Source of the DNA: a virus
Taxonomy: Duplodnaviria; Caudoviricetes
IMG/VR virus record: IMGVR_UViG_3300032243_000455
Coordinates: 509-64,508 of that record
Length of the DNA: 64,000 nucleotides
Strand: one strand, 5' to 3'
The notes under the pieces were generated by a model. The model did not search any database and was not told where the DNA came from. It was given only the letters and a program-made list of their open reading frames with translations. This document shows, piece by piece, positions 17,767 through 30,500 of the stretch. The position numbers and the translations under genes are program-made. Every line of letters begins with the position of its first letter. The first letter of the stretch is position 1.

Positions 17767-19884
17767 TTAGATCCTACCTACTACAACTTCTATAACACCC
17801 TCGATTCCATCGAAATCTTCTAGTGCTTTACCAATAATTGTGCCTAGTTGTGGGTTAGTTGTACTTCTTGCAAATCCACTTCCTGCGGCGATTAACATAT
17901 CACCCTTGCGAATTTCACCACGTACCTTAACAGGAACACGACCCTGTAAGGCTACTGCAACTACATATTGCCCCTCACAGTCAGAGTTCATCAAATGTGC
18001 CGGATTAGTCGATACCACACCAGCCACTTTTACAGTGGCATCTCTAGCAATAGTAACTTCAAAGTCACCACCAAACTCTAAAACTTCACCCGGTTCGTAC
18101 TGTGCATCTGCTACATAGTTTTCTGCTAAGTCAGCATATCGAGCCGATGTTGCAGTACCTTGAAAGGCACCAGAAGTAATAAAATTATTAGTACCTGCAT
18201 CGAGATCTTTGTTAACATTCCATTTATTGCCAGCTACTGTATATGTAAGAGTTGCTCCGGCACCGTCAATTTCAATTCCTGCACCATTTGCCGCTGTCGG
18301 ATTAGCTGCCCCTTTAGCTAGAGTAACTACTAGATCATTTATAGTTGTCTGTGTTGAGTTAATCGTAGTTGTCGTACCGTTAACTGTAAAATTTCCCGAT
18401 ACTATAAGATCTGTTGCTACTGTTACTGATGTGGCTGCCGGAGTACTTGGAACAATGCTATCTACTTTTAGTGTTGTTGCATTAGATATTACTGTGTATA
18501 TTTGATTAAATCTGCGAGAATTTGCACCAATGTTCCATGTTCCGGAAGGTAATACTGTTGGGGTCGGAGCATCTCCTGATAAAGGTGCACTACCTGGCTG
18601 GAATTCTAATGTAGATAACCCGCCAATACCAGCAGTATCCGTTATCGATATCTGAAGATTTTTATTGCTTAATATTTTAGATTTGTTGCTATCAACAAAC
18701 AAATGTAAATTATTTGTATTACCGATACTAACACCCGGGTCTGCAACTTCTAATGAATTTAATCTACCAACACTTTGCAATGCAGATTCAATAACTGTTG
18801 AATTGAGTTTTGTTCCGGTTAATGTTTCGGCAGCAGCGGTAACAGTTATATCTGTGCTGCCGTTAAATGGAACTCCATTGATTGCTCTGGATGTTTTTAG
18901 TGTGTTGGCTGTATCAGCATTACCTGCTAGAAATCCGCCTATGATTGTATTGGCTTTTATAAGATCAAATTCACTCGTAACACCTGTTGGTGAAATAATT
19001 TTTCCGTTAAATGTATCAGCAGTAATTGTCGTTGCTGTAATTCCTACTGCGGCAAAGCCTCCTGTGGCATCTCTAGCTACAATTTTACCTGCACGTGAGT
19101 CAGGACCTGCATCAATAGACCATGTTCTTTCAACAGATCCATCAAAATTACTACCTATGATGTATGCACCTTTGTTCAATGCTCCAATTGTTGGAGATTT
19201 AATAGTAACATCATTTGCTCCGGTAAAGATAAAACCGTTAATCTTTGGAGAATTTTTAAGAACTGTTGCGGTATCAGCATTACCTCGTAAATTACCACCA
19301 AAGAAAGAATTTGACGGAACATTAATTCCTCTTTCTAGTGTGCTGAATCCCACAATTGCATTTGAACTAGCAATCTCATATCTTGTTTCTGAAAATACTG
19401 CTTCAACTGTTCCATTTACTTTGACTAATAACGCTGGATGTTTAAGCACATTTGTGTCTATTAATTCGATTCCTACTATTTTTGTGTCGCCATATCCAGC
19501 AACTGCTTCTGGACCAATAACCTTCCATATGCCGCCACTATAAACATTAAGCTGATTGATAGTTGTGTTAAACCAAAAATCTCCTTCACCTGCTGTAGGA
19601 GGAGTTACTCCGAGGTTGGCCGAAGAAGCCGATTTCCATTCTACACCATCATATAATTTTAATGTTTTAGTTGTGCTGTTATACCACAGCTGACCGGACA
19701 ATGGCCGCAATGGTGCTGCTGTATTGGCAAAGTTTTCTAATAGATATAAAAAATTTTCGTTTTGAATACTGCCGTAACCTGTATAGTTACGACCGATTAG
19801 ATTGATACTAGTTGAATTATCGAGGGCGCCATCATCTAACACCAATAATTGACTACCGTTATATCTATTAAGTACGTATGACAT
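17767..19884 (-). CDS. Tail fibre/spike with C-terminal intramolecular chaperone
   Basis: Same N-terminal domain; A.TA..L....INGV.F.G fibre repeats; C-terminal SARYADLAENY.AD...GRVPVKV. Confidence 0.8.
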   Translation of the reverse strand: MSYVLNRYNGSQLLVLDDGALDNSTSINLIGRNYTGYGSIQNENFLYLLENFANTAAPLRPLSGQLWYNSTTKTLKLYDGVEWKSASSANLGVTPPTAGEGDFWFNTTINQLNVYSGGIWKVIGPEAVAGYGDTKIVGIELIDTNVLKHPALLVKVNGTVEAVFSETRYEIASSNAIVGFSTLERGINVPSNSFFGGNLRGNADTATVLKNSPKINGFIFTGANDVTIKSPTIGALNKGAYIIGSNFDGSVERTWSIDAGPDSRAGKIVARDATGGFAAVGITATTITADTFNGKIISPTGVTSEFDLIKANTIIGGFLAGNADTANTLKTSRAINGVPFNGSTDITVTAAAETLTGTKLNSTVIESALQSVGRLNSLEVADPGVSIGNTNNLHLFVDSNKSKILSNKNLQISITDTAGIGGLSTLEFQPGSAPLSGDAPTPTVLPSGTWNIGANSRRFNQIYTVISNATTLKVDSIVPSTPAATSVTVATDLIVSGNFTVNGTTTTINSTQTTINDLVVTLAKGAANPTAANGAGIEIDGAGATLTYTVAGNKWNVNKDLDAGTNNFITSGAFQGTATSARYADLAENYVADAQYEPGEVLEFGGDFEVTIARDATVKVAGVVSTNPAHLMNSDCEGQYVVAVALQGRVPVKVRGEIRKGDMLIAAGSGFARSTTNPQLGTIIGKALEDFDGIEGVIEVVVGRI

Positions 19885-19901
19885 TCTTGTTCGCCCCTTT
19901 A

Positions 19902-21809
19902 TTATGCCACAAATGTCCAGGCGCCTGTGATCACCTGGTAAACTTTAACTACTCTATATACAGAGACCACTTGTGGAGATACTGTCACTGGAGTAAAACT
20001 AACATTGTCAACCGCAAATGCTGTTCCGCCTGGAACCAAGGATCCCGGAGCATCTGGGGTTATAAATTCTGTTGGATGCGAAGTCACATAACTATTCATA
20101 TTGATCGTTGTAGATGAGTTTGATAACGAAGTACATAGTATTCGTGCAACTGTTCCGTTCCTATATTCGCCTGGCGGTGCCACTTGAGTCAACCAACCAG
20201 CGATACCTGCATTAGAGATCGCATCTGAAATATCCATACTAAAGACCAACGGTCTACTTTGTGTTACTGTGTCGACATAATTTTTTGTAGCAGCATCTTG
20301 TAATGCCAGCGGATCACCCATGCCTGTGATTCTCGGATTACCTACGGTGATTTGATCAATATATCTAATGCCGGTAACCTGTTTTAACGCAACATTGCCA
20401 GTACCATTTGGTGCTATTTCAACATCTCTATTAGTGATAACTGTTGATATTCTGTTTCTATCTATTCTTAAGGTCGGTGTTGGTGGGTTACCTGACGGTA
20501 CCAGAGAACCGAGATCTACTAATAGTGTATTATCGTCCGGTAATACTGGCCCGACTATCAAACTCGATTGTGTACCAAAACTTGTTACTCCCGGAATACT
20601 TGTAATTCCGGACCCTAGTGCTGTTCCTGATATGACTTCGATACCATTGACTTTTAATTTCTTGCCATAAGCAAGATTGATATCTTCTGAACTGTTCCAC
20701 GAATAAGTAGCTTGTGTCCATAGGAACGTCTTATCCGACGTTCCTTTTAAAATTATGCCGCCGCCACTTGCGTTAGTATCAGTTGGCGTAATTCCTGTTT
20801 GTTTAGCCAGCTCAATTGCCTTGTCTTCGACTGTCAAGGTACTGGCATTGATTGTTACCGAATCTCCAGATACTGTTAAGTTTCCATTAACTGTTAAATT
20901 TCCACCGACAATAACTTCACTGCCTGGATTTGCTCCGTATAATTTAAGAGTTTGATTTACTGTGTTACAATCAAATGGGATATCTGTAAAATCGCCGCGT
21001 TTTACCTTGATTAAAATATTATTATTTTTGGAGTTGTTTACAAAAGAAACTGTTCCATTATCTACAAATATTTGTGCTTGCTGCGAATCGCCAATTAATA
21101 CTCCGCTATTCGAAACAACAGTCAATTGTCCATTTATGATATTATCAGCATTTTTTCTTAAATACGATGCAGCTGGTTCGTTCCCTAGTTGCTCGGCATT
21201 AGTTGCCGTCACATTAAATTTAAATCCAGAAATTGTCCCAGCATTAAATCCAGCAACAATACTACCACTAAATCCAAGAATAGGTTGCTTAGGAGTAAAA
21301 GAATCTTTTGAGAAAATACCCAATAATGAACCATTATCGTATAATGTTGTGATAACTCGAGTCTGATTCAACGAATCTAAAATAGTTGAAACAATTAATC
21401 CGCTTCGTCCCTGACTGGCAGAATATGAAGGCCCTAATAATATTGTATTTGTGCCGTCATAGAAAAATAATTGTTTATTAACATTATCAAACCATAGATC
21501 GCCAACACCCAGTGTCGATGGCTGTGTATTTGAAATTGTAGCAGAGCTTACTGGAACAAAGCTCGATCCATTATAAACTTTAAGTTTTGATTCGCTTCCA
21601 TCAAACCAAATTTGACCTTTGATAGGACGACTTGGAGGTGCAGTATTGGCAAAATTTTCTAATAACTTGATAAAGTTTTCATTTAACGCCTCACCGAAGC
21701 CACTGTAGTTTTTTCCGACAAGTGTTAGATCAGAGGACAACTGATCAAGCTGGCCATCTGCCACTGTTGATAATATGCTTCCGTCTGTTTTGTTTATAAT
21801 ATAAGACAT
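19902..21809 (-). CDS. Tail fibre protein
   Basis: Same N-terminal domain; DAATKNYVD fibre motif; no chaperone domain. Confidence 0.75.
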   Translation of the reverse strand: MSYIINKTDGSILSTVADGQLDQLSSDLTLVGKNYSGFGEALNENFIKLLENFANTAPPSRPIKGQIWFDGSESKLKVYNGSSFVPVSSATISNTQPSTLGVGDLWFDNVNKQLFFYDGTNTILLGPSYSASQGRSGLIVSTILDSLNQTRVITTLYDNGSLLGIFSKDSFTPKQPILGFSGSIVAGFNAGTISGFKFNVTATNAEQLGNEPAASYLRKNADNIINGQLTVVSNSGVLIGDSQQAQIFVDNGTVSFVNNSKNNNILIKVKRGDFTDIPFDCNTVNQTLKLYGANPGSEVIVGGNLTVNGNLTVSGDSVTINASTLTVEDKAIELAKQTGITPTDTNASGGGIILKGTSDKTFLWTQATYSWNSSEDINLAYGKKLKVNGIEVISGTALGSGITSIPGVTSFGTQSSLIVGPVLPDDNTLLVDLGSLVPSGNPPTPTLRIDRNRISTVITNRDVEIAPNGTGNVALKQVTGIRYIDQITVGNPRITGMGDPLALQDAATKNYVDTVTQSRPLVFSMDISDAISNAGIAGWLTQVAPPGEYRNGTVARILCTSLSNSSTTINMNSYVTSHPTEFITPDAPGSLVPGGTAFAVDNVSFTPVTVSPQVVSVYRVVKVYQVITGAWTFVA

Positions 21810-21823
21810 AGTTTATTCCGTTA

Positions 21824-23905
21824 TTAGAACGCTGGTGCACCAGCTCTAATGATATAATTTAAAGATAGGTACGGATTTAAAATACTAAATTCCGATCCTA
21901 ACGTGGCGGTTGTGTCAACACCTCCGGTTGTGTTTAGGTACTGTGCTTGTCCTGCGGCAGTTGGTCCTGGACCTGCACCTGGACTAGTCCCTGCTACAGG
22001 AGCACTGTCTAATCTAACTACATTGTATTGTATCCCCGGATGATCTATTGGTTGTAAATTGTGTTGGTGTTGAGGTAAGTTGTTAACATTCAATGCGTTT
22101 GTTGAAGAACCAGCGGAGCCTCCCAGTGTCTTACCAGAGGTACCAGGGATTCTATTAACTGTGCCGCCGCCTGCATCGGTATATCCGCCAAAGCCGGATA
22201 TGTTAGGTACCTGTGTTCCATTATCCATATTATCAAGACCCAAGGCAAATCTACCTCTAAGATCCGGTAATACAAATGTTCCTGCTCCTTTGGTTGGAAC
22301 TCCATGTACATCACCAATTACATCGTATAATGCTTTATATTTGGCTTTTTCTTGTTCGCTGCCATCACATAATAGATATCCGTCCGGAATGTTCGCTCCT
22401 GCAAATGGCATTAGTGCACCGATTGGTACTCCGAGATCGCCTACAAAAACATCCCTAGTTTGTTTTAATAGTCCGGTAGTTGCGCGATATACAAGCAATT
22501 GATCTTGTTCATTTGACACATTTGGAAACGGTTCGTCTTGACCAGAAATAATATCTGCTGTCAATTTAGTAGTGAATATTTTTGTTAAGCCTTCATATGA
22601 TCCGTCAAATAGCACAGCGTTTGATTGTACATCACCGATCAGTTGAAAACTAGTCTTAAATCTTAGATTCGTAGATGTTCTGGCATTACCTGCCACATCA
22701 CCATCTAGAACTCCTTTGAGTGTTCCAGCATTAATTGCATTCGCATAGACAGTTCCCCATTTTAATGTGCTTGAGCCAATGTCGTATGCATTTGATGCCT
22801 TTGGTAGAATTGTATGTAGTGTTGATGTTCCGCCAACTTCTAGTGTCGTGCCTACAATTAAATTTTTTGTAATCGCCGCACCACCTTTAGTAGAAAAGCT
22901 ACCGTTAGTAAAACTTGTGCTTGCATCACCTCCTGAAATTCGGATAGTATTGGTTACACCAATGCTACCTTGAACATCTAATTCTGTCTGAGGAGCTGAT
23001 AGGTTGATACCTACCCGATTACCGATCACCCTTAATGTAGTACTAGGAGTTCCATCGGAATTAACTTGTAAATCAATGCTACTTCCAGGGGTTGCATTAT
23101 AAATCGAAGCGGCTGTTAATGTGTTTGTTAATCTAAATGTTCCATCAATTCCTAATGTAATTCCTTGATTGTTTCTAACATTAAAACTATATTCTGTAGT
23201 ATTAATAATATCGGATCTTAAAAATTTTGCAGCCTGTACTGCTACATCAGCAACTATAAGCGATTCTGCGCTTTGTGCAGTTCCGTATATCTTTGAAAGT
23301 GCTACTGCATTTCCAACTGGAGAAGTATTGATGTTGATCCCGGTCCTAATTTGATCAAAGCCGGTAATTGAAATTTTAGGAACAAATGTATCTTTACTAA
23401 TGATTGCGATTGGAACTTCATCGGATAATAATTTAATAACGTTTCTAGTATTATTGTCAGTGTCGCTTATCGAATCAACAATGACTCCAGTTCGTAAACC
23501 ATTCTCGGTACTAAACTGTGGGCCAACTAGAACCCATGTTTTTCCAGACCATACATACAACTGTTGCTTAACTGTGTCTACCCAGATTTCGCCAACCTTG
23601 TCTTCTGAGATTGAAGGAGCTGTGGCAGATTTTTGGATATTGCCTGCTGCTTTCCAACCGATGCCGTCATATATCTCTAAGGTACCAACTGCGGTATTAT
23701 ACCATAGTTGTCCTTCAATAGGATTTGTCGGTTCATTAACTGATGCAAAATTTTCTAGTAGATGTAAAAAATTTTCTGCGATAATTTGTCCATATCCTGT
23801 AACATTGCGTCCTGGAAATTTTAAACTGGTACTTTCATCAGTAACGTTATCATATACTGGAATAGCTGTATTTGTTTTATCGGTAAAATTTACATTATAT
23901 GTCAT
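21824..23905 (-). CDS. Short-tail-fibre-like protein with phage tail collar domain
   Basis: Same N-terminal domain; PIGALMPFAG..IP.GYLLCDG...Y..LY.VIG...LPDLRGRF and terminal NPYLSLNYII, typical of T4 gp12-like collar proteins. Confidence 0.8.
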   Translation of the reverse strand: MTYNVNFTDKTNTAIPVYDNVTDESTSLKFPGRNVTGYGQIIAENFLHLLENFASVNEPTNPIEGQLWYNTAVGTLEIYDGIGWKAAGNIQKSATAPSISEDKVGEIWVDTVKQQLYVWSGKTWVLVGPQFSTENGLRTGVIVDSISDTDNNTRNVIKLLSDEVPIAIISKDTFVPKISITGFDQIRTGININTSPVGNAVALSKIYGTAQSAESLIVADVAVQAAKFLRSDIINTTEYSFNVRNNQGITLGIDGTFRLTNTLTAASIYNATPGSSIDLQVNSDGTPSTTLRVIGNRVGINLSAPQTELDVQGSIGVTNTIRISGGDASTSFTNGSFSTKGGAAITKNLIVGTTLEVGGTSTLHTILPKASNAYDIGSSTLKWGTVYANAINAGTLKGVLDGDVAGNARTSTNLRFKTSFQLIGDVQSNAVLFDGSYEGLTKIFTTKLTADIISGQDEPFPNVSNEQDQLLVYRATTGLLKQTRDVFVGDLGVPIGALMPFAGANIPDGYLLCDGSEQEKAKYKALYDVIGDVHGVPTKGAGTFVLPDLRGRFALGLDNMDNGTQVPNISGFGGYTDAGGGTVNRIPGTSGKTLGGSAGSSTNALNVNNLPQHQHNLQPIDHPGIQYNVVRLDSAPVAGTSPGAGPGPTAAGQAQYLNTTGGVDTTATLGSEFSILNPYLSLNYIIRAGAPAF

Positions 23906-23907
23906 AA

Positions 23908-24576
23908 TTAAACCTCACTAAAACCAGTTAAACTTTGTACACGAATTGTATAATCAATTTGCAAAAGTCTGTTTAAACTTTTTTGTACAGGATGAAAAAT
24001 TACATGTGTTAGCAGTTTTCCCTCTCCTGCCGGATTGTAGCTTTTTAAACCCAATTCATCAAAAATAAAATTACCACTCATATTCTGACTGTTGTCAAAT
24101 GCATCTTGCCCATCGGGTTCGCCGTAATCTAGTAAGCAACTAACAATAATATCACTATATGTTGCTCCACTAATATGTCTAACTTCCATTTTGTTTCTTA
24201 CAGGGTCAGAGTTTTGAGATGAATTTTGATCAACAATCTTCTGATATGTTTGGTTATACAGGCTTGAATTTACGCCTACAGTATTCGGAGTCAAATATGT
24301 AATAAGGCCAGTTGGGTCAACAATAGTACCACCTGTGCCAAACGCCATCTGATATACCGTGCCTTGGCCTTGGTTTGAAAGACTCTGTACCATTGCTACT
24401 GACATATTTTCATAATGAATGGCATTTCTTTTGTCAATAAACACTTCTTTTGTTTGGGGATCAAATATTTTGATATGCCCTTCGAAGTGGAACCCACCGG
24501 TTTCGTGTGGTTTTTGTTCTGGTTTTTCACTAGTGTGATTATGATTTTGTTCCATTTTAGGCTCTTTTTTCTCCAT
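23908..24576 (-). CDS. Putative baseplate/fibre-attachment structural protein
   Basis: Lies between the giant wedge and the fibres; beta-rich (GHIKIFD...MAFGTGG...FDELGL...IDYTIRVQ). Confidence 0.6.
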   Translation of the reverse strand: MEKKEPKMEQNHNHTSEKPEQKPHETGGFHFEGHIKIFDPQTKEVFIDKRNAIHYENMSVAMVQSLSNQGQGTVYQMAFGTGGTIVDPTGLITYLTPNTVGVNSSLYNQTYQKIVDQNSSQNSDPVRNKMEVRHISGATYSDIIVSCLLDYGEPDGQDAFDNSQNMSGNFIFDELGLKSYNPAGEGKLLTHVIFHPVQKSLNRLLQIDYTIRVQSLTGFSEV

Positions 24577-24580
24577 ATAC

Positions 24581-24587
24581 TATTTAT
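24581..24587 (-). promoter_or_regulatory. Late promoter motif ATAAATA, 4 nt before the ATG
   Basis: Overlaps the TAA of the giant gene; reads ATAAATA-gtat-ATG. Confidence 0.5.
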
Positions 24588-27500
24588 TCAGGCAACTCAG
24601 TTGACTTTTGATCTATGAATCTTGCAATCGGGCTTAGATTATCTAACAAGGTAATACCTTTACTAGCTGTGGTTTCGGCTCTATCGTACCAAATTTTTCC
24701 TGTTTTTCTAATTATTAAAATACGTGTACCAGCCGGAACTGGTTCAGTTATTCTAATGTAATTACTAACGCCGTCGACAGAGAATTCAGGTGCCACTATC
24801 GTGTCGGCAGTCGGACTGCTTGCTCCTAGTTCTTCAGAAAAGACCTTTAGCGAATCTTTTCTAAGTCTGCGGCCGGCAACAAATACATCAAGTTGATCGC
24901 ACATTCCATAGTCAGTTGGAATCTTGCTGCGTGATGTAAATGCTCTATCAGAATATAATGGTATGAAATTCAGCGGGCCAGCAAGTAATGATGTTATAGA
25001 AATCACATCATTATCTGCTAGTGCAACATTGGTTCCATCATTATAGTGTACCGGAGTAGTTAATATTACAAATCCGCCAGTTGAAGTATCTGTTAGTGTA
25101 AAGCTAGAGGCGTTGACTAATTTATTGTTTACTGTGACAATTAAATTATCTTTATTTCCGTTGCCGTATTCCACTTTACTGTTAAGTTCAAAGTGTGTGC
25201 TTCCGTCATAGACAAATGTCGTCGGGCCACCGCTAATAAAATCTTCTTTTTCTTGTGTATCAGAATAAGATATAGTATCGCTCGCTCCTGCATTAGACAA
25301 TCTGGTTCCGGCAGGATAACTAATTCCAATTGCAGATCCCAGGCTGCCGCGTCTTAACTGTCCAAGAATATTACCTGTTTTTGTTAGGTACTCGATTCGT
25401 TCATTCCTGATACTGATTGCTCCTGGTATATTTCGATTGGCAATTGGATTGTCTAACATGCTTGCATCAGATACAACAATTTCGGTATCGTAATAATTTA
25501 AATCTGCAGCTAATTTAACTTCACCCAAAGAATATCTAGTATAGTGAGTGATGTTTAACATGTCTTTATAAATCTCATAGGCTCGAGGATCTTTATAAAT
25601 TTGATTACCAAATTGTATAATTTCAACAGCATCAGCAGATGTTGTATCGCTAGTGATGTAGACCACATTGCGTGGCAATGACACATAAAAATCTGTGCCG
25701 TTTACTAATCGTTCTCCGTTTAGATAGACCCAAACATAGTTACTATCTAAAGGATCTCTAGAAAGAGAATAATTTACTTTTCCACCTGCATATGTATCTG
25801 ATATAATATCATATGTGGCATACTCGCTGAACCAGGTTACTTCTAATCGGTCACCGCTGATCATTGCCACATTTGAATTAATAGTTAAGTTATTATTTGC
25901 ACTAATCAAATATTGTGCATTAACTAATATTTCAATTTTGATAACATCTTGAAGTGTTAAGAAGGCAGTGTTTACTGTAACAGTTTTTGTAGTACCATTA
26001 TACACATATGCAGTAACAAACGGCTGTAGTATATTGTTAATATAAACTTTAATATCAACCGCTGTTATTGTTGCAACAGGGTCAGTACCTACTAGAACAT
26101 TATTATTTGTTCCATCATATACTGCATAATATGTGTCTGGGCCGCGCAATTTTTTATTATTCAACATTACCAACATTGAACCCGCTGTTGAACTTCTAGA
26201 TAAATCTATGAATCTATCTAATTCAAATGTACGAGTACTGCCGGTAAAATTAAATCTCTGATTGTTTACACGAATGATAGATTGCCCACTGCTGTCTGAA
26301 TTCAACGATGCTCCAAATGCAATGATTTTTACTACCTGACCAGCTGCTGGCTTGTTTGCAAACTGAACTATGGCTTTGTCTGGAGTAATCTCTGCACCGG
26401 TAGTAACAGCGATATCTGAGCTATTTGTAAATCTAGTATCAATATAGTCTCCATCAAGTGTGACAAATACCGACTGTGTTGTAGCGTATTCTGCTTGAGT
26501 TAAGAACAGATCGGTATTGCCATCTGTAATAAACTCTTGATAGTCTAATAATCCCACACCGCCTCTGCCAATTGCAATAATTTCAATCAATGCATTTACT
26601 GGAGGCGCTGTAAAGAATATAATTTCATTGGTATTAAAACTAATGGTATAGTCTAGGTTGCTATCATCGTTATAATCATAGTATCCATATTTTACCTTGT
26701 TTACATATACTAACACCGAAGACGACTCAAGTACTGTTAACCCGATAGGATATCTAGTAGTTGATCCGTCGCTGAATAAAACTGTGTTTTGCATCGGAGA
26801 TGACCCAGAATTTGTATTCTGAAAAACTTTAATACTAACACTGTCTAATACCTGTCCTGGAATGTTTTCTTCCGGAGCAGGTACCTGAGTAGGAGTAATA
26901 AAGCCATCACCGTCTAAAATAATTTCTTCAGGAGTTCTGCCAGTTGCTGTCGAATATGCGCCACCTATAGCTGCTAACGATCCGCCGGTAATTTTTGTAT
27001 CTAATAAATTAGGATCATTGATTTCAACCGAACCATCGCTTTCAAACGGTCTGAAAATCATTAAGTCGCCGGCATGCATTCTGAAATAGCCTTCAAAACT
27101 AACATCAGTTGTACTTCCGTCGCCTCGGAAACTAGGCATTAGAGATGTCGATGGTCTAGATTTTAACCCGTTGGCTTGTACTGTCGATCCGTCATACCGA
27201 TCATAGAACGGATCGTCAATTCTGACTGTATTTTTTGTATCTGCACGTTTTACATAGATTGATATCATCTGGCCGTCTGCAGGAACGAACGGCAATTTTA
27301 TTATTGCAGTACTGCCGTCAACTACAACATAATAATCAGAATTAGGATCTACACTGTCCCAGCCATCTGTAAACCACGGAAGTGCATCCCATCCGCCTGT
27401 AATTTCAAAGGTCGTACCTTGTACCTGTACTCCGCCAAAGTCTATGCCTGTCATTAGCTGTCCAACATCGTTTCCGATCATTCCGTCAGCTGGAGCATAA

Positions 27501-30500
27501 TACTTTTGAATCCTATTGACGCCGTCCAATAACTCATCATTTTTGTCATATTCAATATTGATAGTATCGCCTACTTGTACAGGGGTAACAAAAATTAATT
27601 TTCCTTTTAATAACTGATAAGTATCAACTTTTGATCTATAAAATTGCAGACTGTATTCACTGTTTAATACCAACTGTTTATTTTTATATATTTTAATTTT
27701 GTTTTTATCTCTTGTCGGAGCATAGGCAAGATCAAATACTGCCGTGATTCCGCTAGAAACAAAATTTTGTGAAGTGCTAAATGATCTTAATAATCCATCT
27801 TTAGTAATTCTATCAAATTTTAATGTTGTATCAAATATTCTAGCTTTACTGTCGCCCAAAATAACCGATGCTTTGGCAGTTTTAAGGCTAGACCCATTTC
27901 CGCCAACTAATGTCACGGTTGGTGTTAGTGTATAATTTTTTCCAGGCGATGTTACTTCAATCCCAGAAACAACGCCATTAGATACAAATGCCTTTGCTTT
28001 TGCTCCGGTGCCATTTCCTTCTATAATAACTGTTGGGGGGGTTGTATAATTTTCTCCACCATACGACACACTGATTCCGGCGATTGAAAATCCCTGATTA
28101 TCTGCCCAGAATTTCCAAGGATATTGATCAAATAGATTATATCCTTGACCAACAGGAACAATTCTTCCATCTCGCGGAGAGTATACTGGTGGCAAATCAA
28201 AATCAACTGCTGTTGTATTTGATGGTTCTACAAAATTGTATCGACTCGTATATTCTCTAATAGAAGTTCTATAAGGTTTGATCTCTTCTAGATATTGCTG
28301 ATATGCTGGCAAATTATCATTTTTGTAATTTAATTTTTGTTCAAGTGTTCCTACATTATGTATGGCATTGATAAAGCTAGTCTTAAATGCCCAGTTAATT
28401 GTTGGCTGTTCTGAGAAGGCATATGATATGCTAGCAAAGAATAATTTATTCCATTCAACTGCTAAATCATCAACGAATATGTCTTCTTTTACTGCTTTTA
28501 AAATATTTCTTAATTCAGCGGCTGGATATAAATCATATAAGTTAGTGTCATAGAATCCAACATTATCATATCCAATAGCAGTCGTTGATGTATTGTATAA
28601 CGAATCTTTTAAGGCAATCGTTCCATGATATCTTCCTACAAGAATATAGTTACCTAACACATCTCCTTGGCCCGCATTGACTTTTACTAAAACTGCCCAA
28701 CCACCGTTACCGTATTCACGAACACGAATTAGCTCGCCAATGTCTACTATAAGTGTTGGTTCTAGATATAATGCTGGAATTTCAAAAGCAATTTTTGTTA
28801 AAGGAGTATAACCATCCATCCACCAGTCGACGGATTCCCAGTAACGGCGAGTATCGTATCCTTGTGCTTTGCGTCTGTAGAATTGGTTTCTATCCTGGTC
28901 CCAAGAATATATTGCCCAGTACCCGGCAATAGTCGAATCTGTCTCGACTAATACCGAGTATTCTCTAATCTTGATAATTGCCGAATCATATCGTTTACCT
29001 TTTGTTAATACTAGTACAGAACTGATTCTTCCCTGTTTATCGATAGTAACTGATGCAGTTGCACCAGCGCCTGCACCTTCAATCTCTATGTACGGCGCCA
29101 CTTTATATCCAAATCCAGGATCTATAATATCTATTGTATCGATTTCACCATTTATAATATTAGGTGTTAATATTGCACGTCTTACACGATTGACTGGATA
29201 CTGTGTTAAATCTGTCAAATTAGTTACTACATCGTCGTAGTCGTTTAATTCAACTACGGGAACATTATCAAAAAGATTTAGTGTATTAAAATTTAATGTA
29301 TCACTAAAAGGCCGAGTAGCTAAAATTGTGTTAATATTGTTAACCACAACTTGTAAAATTGCTGATTTGTTTTTAAACATGGATTGACGTGGTCTAAAGC
29401 CCAATCCGTACTTGTCTCTATCTGGTAATTTTGAATCAGGTACTGGGTTGCCGGCCTGATCAAAGCCTACCAAACTGTCAATCCACTTGGTTTCTAATAT
29501 AGCATTAGGAATACTATCAGCCACACCCTCGGATAACAACAAATATTCTTTATGAACAGGATTAACTGTAATTGAATCTTTATATAATTGAATATTAAGC
29601 AATCCCGATCCAGAGGTTAGTGAATTTGCAAAATTATAGGCCAATATCGTATCACTATCAACGATTGCCAGCGTCGGCGTCCCGAGAATCGCAGGATCAA
29701 TAATTAATGCTGCAACTGCTGCCGCTGAAAATTTTCTTCCAACAACATTAGTTGGAGAAACTGTTGAACCCTTAACCCAATAATAATATCGAGTTTCAGT
29801 TAACAATTGAGTGGTTGGATTATAAATTTGCTTGACCGAATAAACATCATCATTGGGATACAGCGGTTGTCCAGATATGCCATTTGAAATGCCGTCGGCG
29901 GTATCTGCTAACGCACTCCATTCAGATGGTAGAAGTACAGACTCTACCCATTCATATACATCAATACTTGCACCTGTACTTAACTTATTCCAGTTTCCAA
30001 TTTTATATGTAGTATCGCCTTGCTCATAGTATACCCATTTAGCTGTAGAGAGATTCCACCATAATCGTCCCACATTTTTTTCAAACCATGCAGAATCCGG
30101 TGATACTATCTGTTCATCTGTTCCATTAGTATATGTTGCCGGATCGTATGGCGTTTTAAATTTTAATTCCTGCTCGGCTACATCTAAGATTTTTAATTTG
30201 GCATTATCAACAATATCAACATCTGCTATTTTTATATTCTTAACATTATCAATTAACGCAATATTTTTAATTTTGGTAGTATCTGTCACTAACTGTTGTT
30301 GTCCCAGCGTCGTGAATGAATTTTGACCGTTGATTTTAGTAAATGTTCTAACGGTGCCAATTAAATCTATAGTACTTACAGTTCCTGTACCTTGGACTGC
30401 GGTGCCACTACCACTACCGACACCTGTTGCTTTAAAGGCTGTACCTGGTTCGTTATCAGCAGCACCAATAGATGTAAACACTGTGGTGCCAGACGATCGA

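Noticed and set aside
17094-23921. Long antisense + strand ORFs (for example 18665..19543, 23400..23921, 22080..22502)
   Set aside because: They are shadows of T/A/G/V-rich fibre genes on the minus strand, with no RBS or recognisable motifs; the same applies to the other short nested ORFs in the track
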